NCBI GenBank assembly: GCA_028534125.1
Contig: CM052816.1
Span: 37,326,001-37,390,000, forward strand
DNA length: 64,000 nucleotides
Direction of reading: 5' to 3'
Source of the DNA: Lama glama
Lineage: Eukaryota
This document shows, one piece after another, positions 13,901 through 28,215 of this stretch (position 1 is the stretch's first letter; every line of letters begins with the position of its first letter). The notes beneath the pieces were generated by a model that was given only the letters and a program-made list of their open reading frames with translations, ran no database searches and had not been told where the DNA came from. Position numbers and translations under genes: made by a program.

Positions 13901-14396
13901 AAACCAGAGGAAGGCTAATAAAAATCAGTGGATTTACAGGTTTACCATAAATGAAACTTGGTTAAATAATCACCAGAATTTCTTTTTTAATTTTGCCGCG
14001 TACCGTATAACATTTACTATCCTACATGTCATCTTTCGAGCATAGTTTGGAGTACTGTCTGACAGTAGGAAGACGACAGAATAATGCAACAATAAAGTGC
14101 TCCTTTACTTAATGATTTCATTTTGGCGAAGGGCTGTTGACACACAAAGTGACTTCTGTGTAAAGCAGTCACTAAGGAAGGTGTTCCTGTTTATGACAGG
14201 AAGGATCTGGCGTGTGCCGGGCTGATCCTCGCCTTGTACGACTGCACTTTGATAATCATCAACTTTACAGGCAGCCCAGTCCGGCTGTGTATGTATAGGA
14301 AGTCAGCAGGCTGAAGCAACTCTCTAAGAACTTTCAGGGAAATTAACTGGTAAAATGGAAAACAAATTACTTTAAGGTTAAATTAGGAGGAGGTTT

Positions 14397-14398
14397 TT

Positions 14399-14460
<62 letters not shown>
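14397..14460 (+). repeat. (TTTC)16 tetranucleotide microsatellite
   Basis: Perfect TTTC array read directly, followed by a T run. Confidence 0.97.
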
Positions 14461-14462
<2 letters not shown>

Positions 14463-16107
14463 TTTTTCATTTAAGGGCTTTTCTTAATACTGGGTATGTT
14501 CATTTGTTTGTATAGAAATAAACGTAAACTTTGGACTTTTGGGGTGAGGTGAATAAGGAGGGAAATTATTGAAAAGCTGAAAAAGTTGAGATGGGGAATC
14601 AATATTTTAAATGTCCAGAGTTTGGCATTCACTGAGTTTCAACTTACTCCCCCTTTCCTTGACAAATCTTTACCATGGGGATGTAAGAAGAAATGTTGCC
14701 AGGTCTTGAGAAGGTTCAATGATAATCTAAAACTAAATTTTATGTGTTTGAGTTTATTTAAAATGAATCTATTATTCCAAGGATGTTTTCCCTAAAATCT
14801 AAGCCCATCTGTATTTTAAGAGGAAAATCCTTGCATTTGTTTCTAATTCTTCTATAAACATGCTTTTAAAGTATACCCTTGCAAAGACCAGTAGATAGCC
14901 AAAAAGTATATAAACATTTTGCCCTTAGAAACAAAAAGGTTTTGGGTCCAAGTGTAAAGAAATGTGATTCCAAAATATTCAGATAGTTACAAAAAGGGAC
15001 AAAAAAAAAAGCTTCCTTTTATCTGCTCAGATTTTTATTATACATCTTACTTTGTCCTCTCCAGCTACTTTTTACTCTCTCTATATTTATTCTTTAAGTA
15101 GTTCTCCTTAAACTGCTTTTTAAAAAAGCAACTGACTCTTTCTCAATCTTTTCTAAAACAATATGCCCTGCAACCAGCTTGGTCAGGAGAAGCAGAAAGC
15201 GACAGGGAAAATGACACTACAGTCACATGGCCCACAGAGCTCACTGTATTCTTGCGTCGTACTTTAGGAAGGAAATACGGAGACAACCAAATGTTAAAAC
15301 TATGAGCCGTTATCAAATATCTGAAGTTAAAGCACTGAATAAATATTTGTGTAAGGTTATGTTATATCCAAAAGATTATTTAAAAAATTAAGGTGAAATG
15401 TTTTGTGAAAAAGGATATACTTTTCCTTAATGAAACTGAATGTTTCTTTAGCAGTCTGATGGCATTAAATGTTTCTCTTTTACTTTTTTATCATGCTCCG
15501 AACGGTACTCGTATGAAGCCCAAAATGTTTCTTGCATGATCTGAATTGATCAGTTTACTTGTTGTACTTTTCCTTTGGTGTATTTTGCCACTTGATAAAC
15601 ATGGGGACAATGACAGATACGAAACTTTTCAGAAACACAGAAGCCAGAACCATGTCTCTGTGTCCTATGGACTTCAGCCATGAAGAGACAAAAATAACCA
15701 ATGCAGTTTTCCAAGGCCATCAGCCTGATTTACCCAGAAGCACCACAGATGAATGAACTAGGAGGTGATCTGTCTGAACTGTACTGGCCATTCAGTTTTT
15801 CCATAGTCCCTTAAGCTAGTTACAGACCTGTGTCTATGATGCAAAGTAAAATGGACAATTGAGGCAATTATCTGAACAATTCTGGCGAAAAGAAAGCTTG
15901 TTACTAAGGAAAAAGTGAGTTGGGGGGGTGCCTTAATTATCCATATTGAATTTCTATATTGATCACATTCACAGGACAATTGCTTGACTCACCACTTCAT
16001 TTTGCTTGGGTAGACACAGGCTAAGATAATTGAAAGCAATTAAACAGAGGTGTCTGGGGAAGCATAAGTGACAATGTAGGTCAGATATGGTGGTGCAAGG
16101 TGGCTAC

Positions 16108-16300
16108 ATCAACAAGTATTTATCAAACCCCTACTGTGCCAGACACTGGGAAGCTTACCAGTTAAACAGAAGAAAATGACTATCCACAGACCAGGGGATA
16201 AGAGACATGTATCCACGAAAAAGTTAGGTGGAACGGGTGCCAATTCAACAGTGAGTTTGAAAATAAAAAAGCCATGTTTTCAGTAATATGTTGCTCTCTT
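16108..16300 (-). mobile_element. LINE-2 3' end fragment
   Basis: TCAACAAGTATTTATCAAACCCCTACTGTGCCAGACACTGGG matches an antisense L2 terminus. Confidence 0.55.
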
Positions 16301-18025
16301 TCCAAGGCCTATTGGAGCTCAGAAGGCTTGCAGTTAGAGGTCAAATTGGCTTTCTGAAAAGGCATGCCATTATCTGAGAAAGAGTGGGATGATTTCTATT
16401 GAAATCTTTAAATGAATGAAACAAAAGCCCTCTGGCCATCCTTCTTTAGAAGTCAGGTACGTCTGGGAGGAGTCAGACACGTGCCCTAAATCCCTGAGGC
16501 CTTTCCTTGAGGAAAGGGAGCTGTCACTTGAACAGCAGCTTAAGACCAACTGGGTACCCGTGGGAGGTAACTGAATGGCACAGAGAGGATGAGCAAGGAC
16601 CGCAAATAAAGTCTGCGCCTGCATGGCAATTTCTCCTTGAGCCAGCGAGGTGAACGGACAGCAGGCCCTTAAGGACCAAATGATTATTGCAGTGAAAATG
16701 ACAGCAAGGTTAACCCATCTCCACCTAGAATACTGAGGCAAGACTTGTCCAGTACATGTTTATCTGAACATTTTCTTTTTTAATGGGAATAATATAATTA
16801 GTAGATCTATAGTAACTTTATCTGGAAGCACATTTGTGTCTCTGGAATACAGACACACACACATGAGTACCTGAGTTCTATAATATTACAGAAAGGAGAG
16901 AAATTCATTATTCACATGCATTCATTTTATCAGGTAGTTTTTTAAACTCTTTAAAACCCTACATAAAATGCCTTTCTCTTTATACTTTTAATGTATCTAT
17001 GCAGATAAATCTCAGTAAATATGTAAAATAAAACTATTAAATATTTCATAATGTTATGATTTTAAGAGTATTAAATATAATTAAAATATAAATTTCTGGC
17101 TTAAATAACATAACTGAGATTTCACTTATAAAATAAAACTAGTTATATTTAAATCAGAAATTAAATCAGATAAATAACATGTAAAAATAAACGTGGGTGC
17201 TTTCTGATAATGTTTTAGTGATTTTAAAGAGGAGATCAATTTGTCATTAGAATCAAAGCCTCCAGTGACACATATCTTTTCATGGTCATCTTTGTCACTG
17301 AAGCTTTGGACTGGTGCTGAAAAGCAGAGTGACAGAAACATGTTCTAGTTTTCTTGGAAGCTGATTTTGCTGTTTTGACCCACCCAGCCCCGAGTACACA
17401 TGCACACACTCCCTTATGTACTCATACACTCACTCCTGCAAACAGACTCACTCCTATTTAGAGCTAATCACAAAAGTACTAGGATTCAGAGGCAACTTAC
17501 GATAAACTAATTTCCTGCTTCAGACTTTCCTTATTAAAAAATTGATCTATCCCATTTGTCTCTCTGATTTAATCTATGACATCAATCAAATGAAAGATTG
17601 GTACAAATCTACGTATAAGCTAGTGATTGTACTCAGCTGTAAAGATAGAAAAATTGTTACCCTTTACCATAATTGTATCTCTCCCTGAATCAACCTGAAT
17701 TGTAACTGAGAAACTGGAAAAGTTACAGTTGGCTTTACTTGCTCATTCAGCTGTTACTCTTCTAAAAGATCTGAACCTTCCCACAAATCCTCAGAGGCAA
17801 TATAATTCTCTATTTTAATGAATTCACTTGCACCCCACTGAGAATTAATTGCTTTGGAAGCAACCCAATGGTCTGACATGCTGAGAGGCCCACTGCTAGT
17901 TTTTTATTTTTTTTCCCTAATAAAGAGCTCTAAGGAATTAACCAACCTCCTGACCAGGTATAATATCTACTTCTATTATCTCTTTCTACCTCTGTCTCTG
18001 TCTCTCTGCCTTTCTCTCTCTATTT

Positions 18026-18051
18026 ACACACACACACACACACACACACAC
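18026..18051 (+). repeat. (AC)13 microsatellite preceded by a TC-rich tract
   Basis: Read directly. Confidence 0.95.
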
Positions 18052-19782
18052 CCCAGAAAGGATTGTGAGATCCCTGGTATTATTGACAAAACTTAAATAC
18101 TTTGTTGTATAAATACCACTGGAGAATTTTGTGGTATGTAAATCTGCAGGTCAGCTCTCTATAACTTCTTTCTCTTTGTGAAGAAAACCAGCAACAAACT
18201 GTTCTTTGTGAGGATTTCTTGGGTGTTAAAATCTACAAGAATAGAATTTCCAGCACTTGTACATAATAGAATGTCCCATCCTGTGATTCCAATATGGGGC
18301 TATAATATGTAATTGAATTACTTCACTAATTCATTAATCCAACAGATATTTATTCAGCAACTATTGTATGTCAGTATATGCCCCCAAATTAGAAGCTGTA
18401 ATGAAAAATATGCTCCAGGAAGATAGTACTTTGTAGTGCACAGTATTATCCAGATACACAGGTAACTCAGATGAAGCACAGGAATTGGGTTATAGACTGC
18501 AAGAAACAGAGCTAAGGTATTGGTTGAATTCTATGCAAATACCACTTTAAAAAATTATCTATGCTGCCTAAGTTCCTTAATTGTCTTAACAAAGAGAATA
18601 GATACAACAGAGCTATTGAAGCAAAGTTAATGCATATAAGGCACATATGCCAAATAGGGAGCAGAGATAGATAGAACTGAAAAAGGGCTCTAAGTTACAG
18701 CCTTGGCATTTCATCATAAAATTCACATCTCGGTTCTTTGCAGCCCAACCAGAAAAGGGAGAAAAGGAATGACTTGCTAAATTATTGTTATAGAATTAAG
18801 AAAAGCAAAATAGTTTATTGTAAATAATATTTTTATATTATGGAATCCTTAAAGATATTTATCACATTGCTTTATAGTAAAGGATTTTAAAATATGAAAA
18901 GACCTAGTGTATTCCTAATGGTTTCCTAAAATAAGAAGAAATATTCTTCAGAGATTTCTACTTCTAGCCAAGATGGAGTAACAGGACCAAATTTACTCTC
19001 CTTTTTATGAAACATTTTAAAAAGGGGAAAAAAATCACAGAAAAATAATACACTTCATTGGACAACAGGCAACAAAGGATAGTGATTCCTAAAAGGTGTG
19101 TGACAAGTGAACACAGCCCTATGATTGTCTCATCTTACTGTCAGGAGTTTTCAGCCTGTGGTCTGAGGAGAGGGAATTCAGGCAGGATATGCCTGAACTG
19201 GGGGGATAGATCTGGAAATCTAGGGAGGGCAGGTGGCTAGAGAGGTTAGGACCAAAAGCTGGAGAGGAGAGTGTTGAAGACACAGAGAGAGAGATAGAGA
19301 CAGAGAAAGAGAGAAGATGGGAAGAGAGAGAGATCCAGAAATCTGAGGACAGTCACTCTCAAGCCTTCAGGCTTTCAGATAACGACTGATCAGGAGTACA
19401 CAGGAAAAAAGCTCCTAAGGCTGAGGAATCACCTGAAACGGTTAGAGAGAACAGACCCCAAGTCCCATACAGGGCCAGGGAGAATGTCTTTGGAACAGCA
19501 GAAATCCTGTTCCAATACAAAAAAATACTCACAAATTACAGTCCATCAAGCAGAGCACCCTGAGTAGTCTTGTAGTTGTAGGGGGACAAACTTAGTTTCA
19601 GACTAAATAGTTTCTGGTCCTGACTTGAAAGTCTTACAGCAAAGAACCAAAAGAACCAAACCGTTTTAGGCAACAGGACTGCATGCCTGATTAAAGCTCA
19701 TGAATATTTATGAACACAAAAATATCCCACACCCAGCAAGGTAAAATTTTAATGTCTAACATCTGATAAAAAAATTACCAGG

Positions 19783-20366
19783 TGTCCCAACTGTGGGGGT
19801 AAATCAGGCTTCAGTTGTGAAAAAAATGCTCATGGGATCCAAAATAACAATGCTTGAGCAGTTCAAGTTTACTGCAGGAAAAGTATACACTGCAGGAACA
19901 ACATTAAAATGAACTCACATCACAGGTAAAAGCTGGTTCCCAGCAGTGCTGCAAAAGCAGACCAGTTGTCCTTCCCCTGCAGTGGTGAAGAGAATGTGTT
20001 TCCTCTCTCTGTGGGAAGTGCCACCATGTTCACAGGACACCTCAGGGAGCCCGAAATAGTGTGTGCGCCTAGACTTCACATACCCTACCGGCCACATTTT
20101 TGCTATGTGACTAGCTTTGACCCTCTGAGGATCTTACCAAACCAGATACAAACCATCAACCATGGTTTTATCAGCAAACAATTCTGCTCTGCTGGTTAAA
20201 AGATAAAACATACAAGAAAACTACTCTGAAACTTGAGTCTGACTCAGAGTTATAGCACCATTAATCAGTATATTTTATGCTCTGTCCAGGAATTCCTATC
20301 AAACCAGTACACCTCTTTTAACAGCTCATGCTGCACCCAGGTCTTCTAGAGTAAATTATTTTAACA
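19783..20366 (-). mobile_element. Probable solo LTR (ERV, family unassigned) inserted in the old L1
   Basis: ~580 bp block with TGT...ACA termini that interrupts L1 text (AAAATTACCAG|...|CCAGTCATGCAGAGAAAGG). There is an AGTAAA signal near the minus-strand 3' end. The TSD is not clean. Confidence 0.5.
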
Positions 20367-20621
20367 CTCCAGTCATGCAGAGAAAGGAACTCACCATTGA
20401 TAATGAGAAGAAAAATCAATCAAAAAGTCTAGAATTGAAAGAGATTATGTAATTATTAGACAAGCACATTAAAACAGTTATTCTAACTATCCCATATGTT
20501 CGAGAAGCTGGAAGAAAGATTAAGTATGTTAAATAGTGACATGGAAGATAGGAAAAGGACCCAAATGAAACTTCTAAAGATGAAAATTACAAAGCTTAGA
20601 TTAAAATTATACTGGATGGGA

Positions 20622-21409
20622 AGTCAGAATGGCTATCATTCAAAAGTCCACAAATGACAAATGCTGGAGAGGCTGTGGAGAAAAGGGAACTCTCCTTCAC
20701 TGCTGGTGGGAATGCAGTTTGGTGCAGCCACTGTGGAAAATAGTATGGAGATTCCTCAAAAGACTAGGAATAGACTTACCTTATGACCCAGGAATCCTGC
20801 TCCTGGGCATATATCCAGAAGGAACCCTACTTCAAAAAGACACCTGCTCCCAAATGTTCATAGCAGCACTATTTTACAATAGCTAAGACATGGAAACAGC
20901 CTAAATGTCCATCAACAGATGACTGGATAAAGAAGGTGTGGTATATTTATACAATGGAATACTATTCAGCCATAAAAATGACAACATAATGCCAATTGCA
21001 ACAACATGGATGTCCCTGAAGAATGTTATTCTAAGTGAAGCCAGAAAGAGAAAGAAAAATACCATATGAGATCTCTCATATGTGGAATATAAAAAAAATG
21101 AACATAAATACAAAACAGAAACAGACTCATAGACATAGAATACAAACTTGTGGTTGCCAAGGGTGTGAGGGATAGGAAGAGACAGACTGAGATTTCAAAA
21201 TTTGTAGATACTGACAGGCATATGCAGAATAGGTAAACAAGATTATACTGCATAGCCCAGGGAAATATATACAAGATCTTGTGGTAGCTCACAGCGAGAA
21301 AAATGTGACAATGAATATATGTATGTTCATGTATAACCGGAAAATTGCTCTACACTGAAATTTGAAACAACATTGTAAACTGACTATAACAATAGAAAAT
21401 GTTAAAAAA
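20622..21409 (+). mobile_element. Young 5'-truncated lineage-specific L1 (ORF2 C-terminal Cys-rich region plus 3'UTR)
   Basis: ORF 20629..20886 (KCWRGCGEKGTLLHCWWEC...PLWKIVWRFLK) is the L1 ORF2p C-terminus. Exact 14-bp TSD TATACTGGATGGGA at 20608-20621 and 21410-21423, preceded by the TT/AAAA endonuclease site. Confidence 0.95.
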
Positions 21410-22534
21410 TATACTGGATGGGATTATTAATGGAATAGATATTGCAGATGAAAAGATTAGTAAGCATGAAGACATAATAAATAATAAAGAGAATTTAAAA
21501 CTAAACATTCAGTGGAAAAAAAGACTGAGAATAATCAATAGATAAAACAGTAGAGTACTCACGGACTGTCACCTAAATCTTATATCATGTACAAAAGTAA
21601 CCCAAAATCACAGATTTAAATGTAAAATATGTAACTATAAAACTTCTAGAAGAAAACATAGGATAACTTTTTTAAGGCCTAGGTCTTGGTGAGGAATATT
21701 TAGACATGAAATAAAATATAATGCATATAAGAGGAAAATCCACAACTTGGACTTCATTTAAGTTAAAAACAAAATGTTCTATGAAAGACCTTGTTATGGG
21801 GCTATAAAGGCAAGATACAGACTTTGAGAAAACATTTGCAAACTACATATGTAACAAAAGATTCCTAAAGACTAGATCATCTAGAACATATCTAGACTCA
21901 TCTAGAGTATATAAGGAATTCTTGAAACTCAGCAGTAGAAAAGAAAACTGAACAATTCAGTTATAACATGGGCAAAAGGTAATAGGAAAATGTAAATTAA
22001 GACCACGATGAGATACCACTACACATCTACTAGAATAGCTTGAAATAAAAAATAGTGACAATACCAAATACTGGGGAGAATGTAGAGACATCCAAGCACT
22101 CATATATTGCTGGTGGGAATGTAAAAATGATTCAGTCACTCTGGAAAATAATTTGGCAGTTTCTAAAAAACTAAATAAATATGCAGTTACCACATGACTT
22201 AGAAATTGTACTCCTGGGCATGTATGGCATAGAAATAGAGGCTTTTGTCCACTCAAAAACTTATGTCCAGTTGTTTGGGATAGCAGATTTCTTTATAATA
22301 GTGCTAAACTGGAAACAAAAGAAAATGTCCTAAAATACATGAATGGTTGAATAATCTGGTCCTTCCACTAACATCTCACTCTTCCAAAGACCTTTCTATT
22401 TATGTACTACAATACCAGTATTATTACAGGAAAGGATTTGAAAAAATATGAAATATTCTTTGCAAGTGTCAGCTGTCTAGTCTGTCTCTAATTTGAGAGA
22501 AACCACCATGTTATAAATAGAACAGATGACAAGA

Positions 22535-22950
22535 AGCATAGAATGGTAGGAAATATGCAGACCTGTGGCTAGACCACCTGTGTTTATGACATGGTTCTGC
22601 TATAAGCCTGGCTGTACAAATTGCTTAATCTCTCCCAGATTCATATTCCTCACCTAGAAGATGGTAATAAGAACAGCTCTGAAAAGGTAGTTGTGAAATG
22701 AGACTAGTTTAAAATGCCAACTGTACAAATATTCAATCAAGATTTTTTTCCCCTACCCAGACATGTATTCCTTTTATGGGTATTACATAGTGCGTCATTC
22801 AGAGCATGGAATCAGCTTTAAAGAAACTGGGTTAGAATTCGAACTGTTCCTCTTACCAGCTGTGTGAATTTGGGATATTTGAGCCCCAGTATTTTCACCT
22901 CTGGAAAATGATAATATTGCACCACAAATTTTTGAATTCAGTTAATGATA
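22535..22950 (+). mobile_element. Two adjacent MIR fragments
   Basis: TTGCTTAATCTCTCCCAGATTCATATTCCTCACCTAGAAGATGG and CTCTTACCAGCTGTGTGAATTTGGG...GAGCCCCAGTATTTTCACCTCTGGAAAATG. Confidence 0.6.
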
Positions 22951-25129
22951 AGATAATATATTGTATATATACTTTAAACTCGGAATCTTCAATGTCTTTA
23001 GCAAATCTAATCACTTAGGCACGTGGCAGTTTGGAGTAAAACTCAATCTGTCTTTGTTGTTTGTGCATTAGAAATAGCAAATCCATAAAAGTCTGAGCAA
23101 TGTAAAGTAATTGGAATCACCTGAAGTGGGAAATATTTTCTTCCCTAATTTAAGATGTTTATTTCTTGAAAGGAGATAATAAAGAATTTTAGTTAGATGT
23201 GGCTTTCACCTTGACTGTCTCCCAGATTTATACTCTCAATTTGTATTTGACATATGTATATAAATAAACATACCTCTTGTGTGAAGACTCTGAAGACACC
23301 TGTCCTGAAGTTGTAAATCACAGAGAAAAAATTCATGACCCAGGGTTTCCAAAATGCGTTCTAAGGAAAGTACTGGAAGTCTGAGTGCAGTATTGTTATT
23401 TTCTAAAATTGCTCTCCATGAAGTTTTCTTTGAGTACTTAAATTCCAAAAATTAGAATTAAGTATGAAAGCCATCCAAGTATCCAGTTATATACTGAGAG
23501 AGGCAAAGAGGTTTTAAATGAATTAATATAAATATAAAATAATATGTAACACATGTGTCTATATGCATGTTCGTTAGTCCTAGTTGCAGTTGATCATCTT
23601 TGCCTCCATTAGCATTTTGTTACTCAGTTAATGAATGAAAGACAAAATCAATAGAGCATTAAACATAAAGGGATTATTTTTCAAACACAATCCTCCAGCA
23701 CATAAATAATATTAAAGAGAAGAAAAGCATTTTTAAAAGTTGTCTTATGCACTTAGACTTTCATAGTGACAAATTCCACTTGCAAGGTTGTAATGCCTGT
23801 GTAGAATGTTAAAGTCCTCAGATCGAAGAAATTGCAGTAGTTTTTCTCTTCATTAATTCAATACTTATGTTTTTATAGTTGCTTTTAAATAACCCAAGCA
23901 GGATAGGGTTAATTTATTTTCCATATTTACCTTTTCATTTTTTGAAAGGGGAAAATCTATGTATTTCTGTGGTCTGTCTGAATAAGGGATGATAACCCTG
24001 ACAAACTAAAAATATCAGAAATACACAGTAGAATTTTATGTTGCGTTTAAACTAAAAGTACTATATTTTAAATCTCTGACAGAGATGAAGTGAGTTTTGA
24101 AAAGTAAAATTAACCCTATTTAAAATTTGGATTATTTGTTGTTTTCAGCTCCTTTTAAAGAGCAATTCAATTTTAAGTGTATTGTGTTACTTGTAAAGAA
24201 TTATGGTATTAAAACATTTAAAATGCTATTTCAATAATTTTATTGTTGAAATTATATTTGGAGATCAAGACCCTCAAGGGGGCCTTCTGTTTTAGAACCT
24301 TCTGTTTCACCATAGCCTGATGTGTCTGCAGTATCAAGAATGCTTTCCACACTTGGGAAAATCCCAGTACATTTACTTGGTGGTATAAGAGACAGCAAGG
24401 CGTATGGTTGTACACATACATGCACACACACACATATACTCACACACGACACTGTTGTTTTGTCCAAGAATTTAAAATGAATTGAAATAAAAGGAAAAAG
24501 TGTGTATTCTGCATCTAAAATAGATTTTCAATTGCATACTAAAGATGAATTCTGATTTCAAAACTCACAGCAGCAATTTTTGGGAACTAATATTTAGGAA
24601 ATTAGGAAAGATCATGACAAAGCATGATGAGAATTCTTTTTATTGGGGGAACAAGGGAAGACAAGTTGGTAAGGAGGTTCAAAGACAACATATTTATTAA
24701 CATCTTCCCTGCACTTAGAAGTAGATTTTGGTTAATACCATGAACATATAACTAGATGGAAATAAGACAAATTTGGCAAATCAGTCAACATAAATTTGTA
24801 ATGACTTCAGACTGTATATGTTATGTCTCTATTAATTTTACCAGGCATAACCATCTTCAAGTTATAAATCCTATTTTGTATTAATTAACCACAGATAGTC
24901 TCATGACATATAGACTGTAAGACAAATTTTTCTGATTCCCCAGAAATGTAAAACTAAAGAGACCTAAAGTATCATATATTGCCTGAGCACTGAAACAGCT
25001 CCAGTTTCTCCAAGTAGCTGAGAGAAATAAAACCTCTAGAGGCATGGAGGGAAGGAAGGAAGATGTGGTAGATTCATTACTGATCTCCATTCTGTAATCC
25101 TCCTGGGATCCACAACTTGTCATATTATT

Positions 25130-25515
25130 ACATTGCAGTTCTTCTCATAAAAGGGTGGGTTTAATTTCTGACTCTTTGACTTTGGTCTTTACATGTGACT
25201 TGCATCAGCAGACAGTTCTGATAATAAGATTTAAAACATCATGTACATTTTTACATGTTCTCCTGCAGCTCTACCATTATTGTAAAAATAACATGTCCTG
25301 GTCACACAGGTGACCTCCTGCTAGTTCAAAAAGCAGAGCAGCCATAGCCCACCCACCCTTGCAGAGGAGCTCCTTGCAGCCAAGCCCAGCCTAAACTAGT
25401 CAAACCCGGTGGGTGCACATATATGCAAGCATAAATACTTTAATTGTTGTATCTATGAAGATTTTTTTGGTTGCTTTTTAAGTGACATTATTTTCACAAA
25501 GTTAGCTGGCACAAA
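25130..25515 (+). mobile_element. MaLR LTR (old MLT1-type)
   Basis: CATGTGACTTGC, GCAGAGCAGCC, CAAGCCCAGCCTA, ATAAATACTT and terminal AGTTAGCTGGCACA. Confidence 0.55.
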
Positions 25516-26079
25516 ACACTACACGCAAAAGACAGTAAATTCACAGGTGTGTCGTTAAAGAGGGACACAAACCAATGTAGAGCTGAAGTTATATTCAAGG
25601 GCTTACGTCTTCATGGAATTGAGGAGTGGTGTTCCTCCCCTGATGTAATGGTCCAAAAGGAATAATTTTTCTGTAGCTAGTTAAACACTTGATACAAAAG
25701 TATCATGAGAAATGATTCATGTCAGTGATTATGTTGGCAGATACACCCGGGGAAGATTCTCCAAGAGTGATGTTTGTATATGCACTTGTCCCACATACCA
25801 AGGTAGAGGACACCCCGCCCAACTCATGTCATCTCAGACTCATACCTTTTGTTGTTGAAACCTGGCTCTGCCTTTGGGTTGAAATGAAGAATTATAAGAA
25901 TCACTTAATAAATTAATTCAAAGTGCTGTTTTTAATGTATTATGCTCCATTTATTTAACAAGCACCTTGTGATTATCCATAATGGAAGTTTGCTCTATGA
26001 CCAGAGAGAAGGGTCTAGGAAAATATTCTGTTAAATGCTCCCTCTTGGAATCTTTGGATGGCTTCACTCTCAGAGATAA

Positions 26080-28215
26080 GGTAATTCAGAAGTAAACAAG
26101 TTAACCTTACAAATAAGGAAGCTCAACTTTATATCAATTCTCTCCCTAATTAAATTGAAATGAACTTACCCATTCTAACCATCTGCCAGAATTAAGAGTG
26201 ACTCCTCTTTGGAGGAAGACAATATTGTTAATATATCTATAATTTTTCATGTACAATATATGGCACGTAGTCAAAAACAGCCATATATTGTGGAAAATAA
26301 AATGCTGTTGAACATTACTAGAATAAAAAAAAAGTCACAGATAAGGAAAATACAATAACAAAAGAACTAGATAGAAAGATTTAACCTTATATTGGATACA
26401 ATTAAACAGAGAATTACTAAATGTAAAGACAGATCACTAAAAATATCCCATACTGAAGAATGCAAAGCAAAACAATAAAAATAAAAGAATAAAAAGTTTG
26501 GAAAATGGAGAAAGAAGTGTAAGAAATATATGGAATATTATGTAAATACTAATATATCAGCAGTTGGAATCCCAGAAGGAGAAAGAGAACTGGAAAAAGC
26601 AGTCTTTAAAGGGATAATTGGTTAACATGTTTCAAAAGGTTTTAAAAGTTATCAAGCAATTGATAATTTAGGAAGTCTTAACCTTAAGCTGAATTAACAA
26701 CAACAAAAAAATTAAAAACAGCCATTCCAAAGAAGCCTGCTAACAAATAGAGCGTCTTAAAAGCAGTCTGAGGAAAAGATCTATTACATTTAAAATTACC
26801 TGCAATGACTTACTGATGCTATCTCAGGTGAACCACAGAAACCTGAAGACTGTAGAACACCACCTGGAGATTGCTGGGAGTAGCTGCTTTGTGGATGTTG
26901 TGGTGCACTGTCCAGGTGGATCTCCAGCCAGAGTTCAGTTATGCTGTTGGTTCGCAACTGAGTCTATGGAGAAAATGCCTCCAGCTAAAATTACCTGCCT
27001 CACCCAAGCTTATACTACCTTACCAGGAATAGCCCAGATCTGATAAGTGGTTGATGCCAGTAAACAAATACTTATTTTGCTTCCTCCAATTAGAGATGAC
27101 TGTAATCGCCACCTCAGAACTACAGCCCTGTTGGATTCACTGAGGTGATTCTTACAACTTCCACAGCCGATCTTTTCTTGCTGTGCTCCTTCCTAAGGGC
27201 TCTTCCTGAGAACCCTCCCTAGGAAACTTCTCACAAGCAAACCACTTTCAGGAGAATACCACCTTTTCTTTTTGAGGAAACAACTGCCAAGCTAGAAATG
27301 AAGGTGGTATGAAGGTATTTATTCTCCCTGCCCCCCACTACAAACATGTCATTAACAGTATCTCACTAAAGGAAACTAAAGGGATTTGGGGGAAAGAAGA
27401 AAAATGATTTCCAACCACAAAACAAAAATGTACATCAGAATAAAGAGCAATGGAAAATCTAAATGTATCCTAAGTTTACACAATAATGAAAATAATGTTT
27501 TGTGCAAGTTGAATTCTTTGTATAGTAAAAATGACAATAAACAAAAAGAGGTAAATGAAGTTCTAATATCTTAATATTTACTAGTTGGTAAAAGTACTAA
27601 TGTATATTTGACTGTAATAATTCAAATATGCATATTGTAAGCTCTTGGGTTTATACTAAAATAATAATAAAAAGATATAAAACTAACTAATGAATATAAA
27701 TATAATAATTAAAATATTTGATTATTACACTATAAGACCAAATACTAGAAAAGTAACAGAAAACAGTAGGGCCAGATAGGCAACAGATTGAAGATGGTCA
27801 TTTATAAACACAAATATCAGCAACTAATTTAAATATAAATGAACTAAATATTCCAATTGCAAGACAAAGATTTTTCAAGCTGGATTGAAAGATAGTTTTT
27901 ACAAATCTCTATATATTGCTTATAAAAGAAACATCTGAAATATAGGAGCCAGGAACTACTGAAAATAAAAATTAGACATTTGGAAATAGATATGTCATAC
28001 AAACTCTATACCTAAAGAAAGCTGATACAGATACACTGATATTAGAGAAGATGCATTTTAATGTAATAAATAAAGGATGTACATAATGATAAATGGTTAA
28101 TCATCTAGAAGTAACTAGTATGTATATATGTTTAATAACATCTCTTCAACATATAAAAAATAGAAATTGACAGAACTAAAATATTAGAAAGACAATACAT
28201 ACTCACGAAAGGAGA
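26080..28215 (+). mobile_element. Old L1M ORF1 and endonuclease-region remnant
   Basis: GTTGGAATCCCAGAAGGAGAAAGAGAA (ORF1 GIPEGE motif), AAATATAAATGAACTAAATATTCCAATT (ORF2 start region) and AAAGAAAGCTGATACAGATACACTGATATTAGA. Confidence 0.7.
26890..27260 (+). mobile_element. ERVL-type LTR (LTR16-like) nested in the old L1
   Basis: GC-richer block TGTGGATGTTGTGGTGCACTG...TCCTGAGAACCCTCCCTAGGAAACTTCTCACAAGCAAA that interrupts A-rich L1 text. Confidence 0.5.

Larger units (their letters stand above)
18950..22370 (+). mobile_element. Old L1M element (5' region, ORF1 remnant, ORF2 3' remnant) hosting two nested insertions
   Basis: Start ACTTCTAGCCAAGATGGAGTAACAGG; ORF1-like GACCCAAATGAAACTTCTAAAGATGAAAATTACA; ORF2-like CTATAAAACTTCTAGAAGAAAACATAGG and GAGATACCACTACACATCTACTAGAATAGC. 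Confidence 0.75.

Noticed and set aside
21872..21912. Short ~20-bp tandem duplication (TAGATCATCTAGAACATATC / TAGACTCATCTAGAGTATAT)
   Set aside because: Ordinary local slippage duplication inside an old L1.
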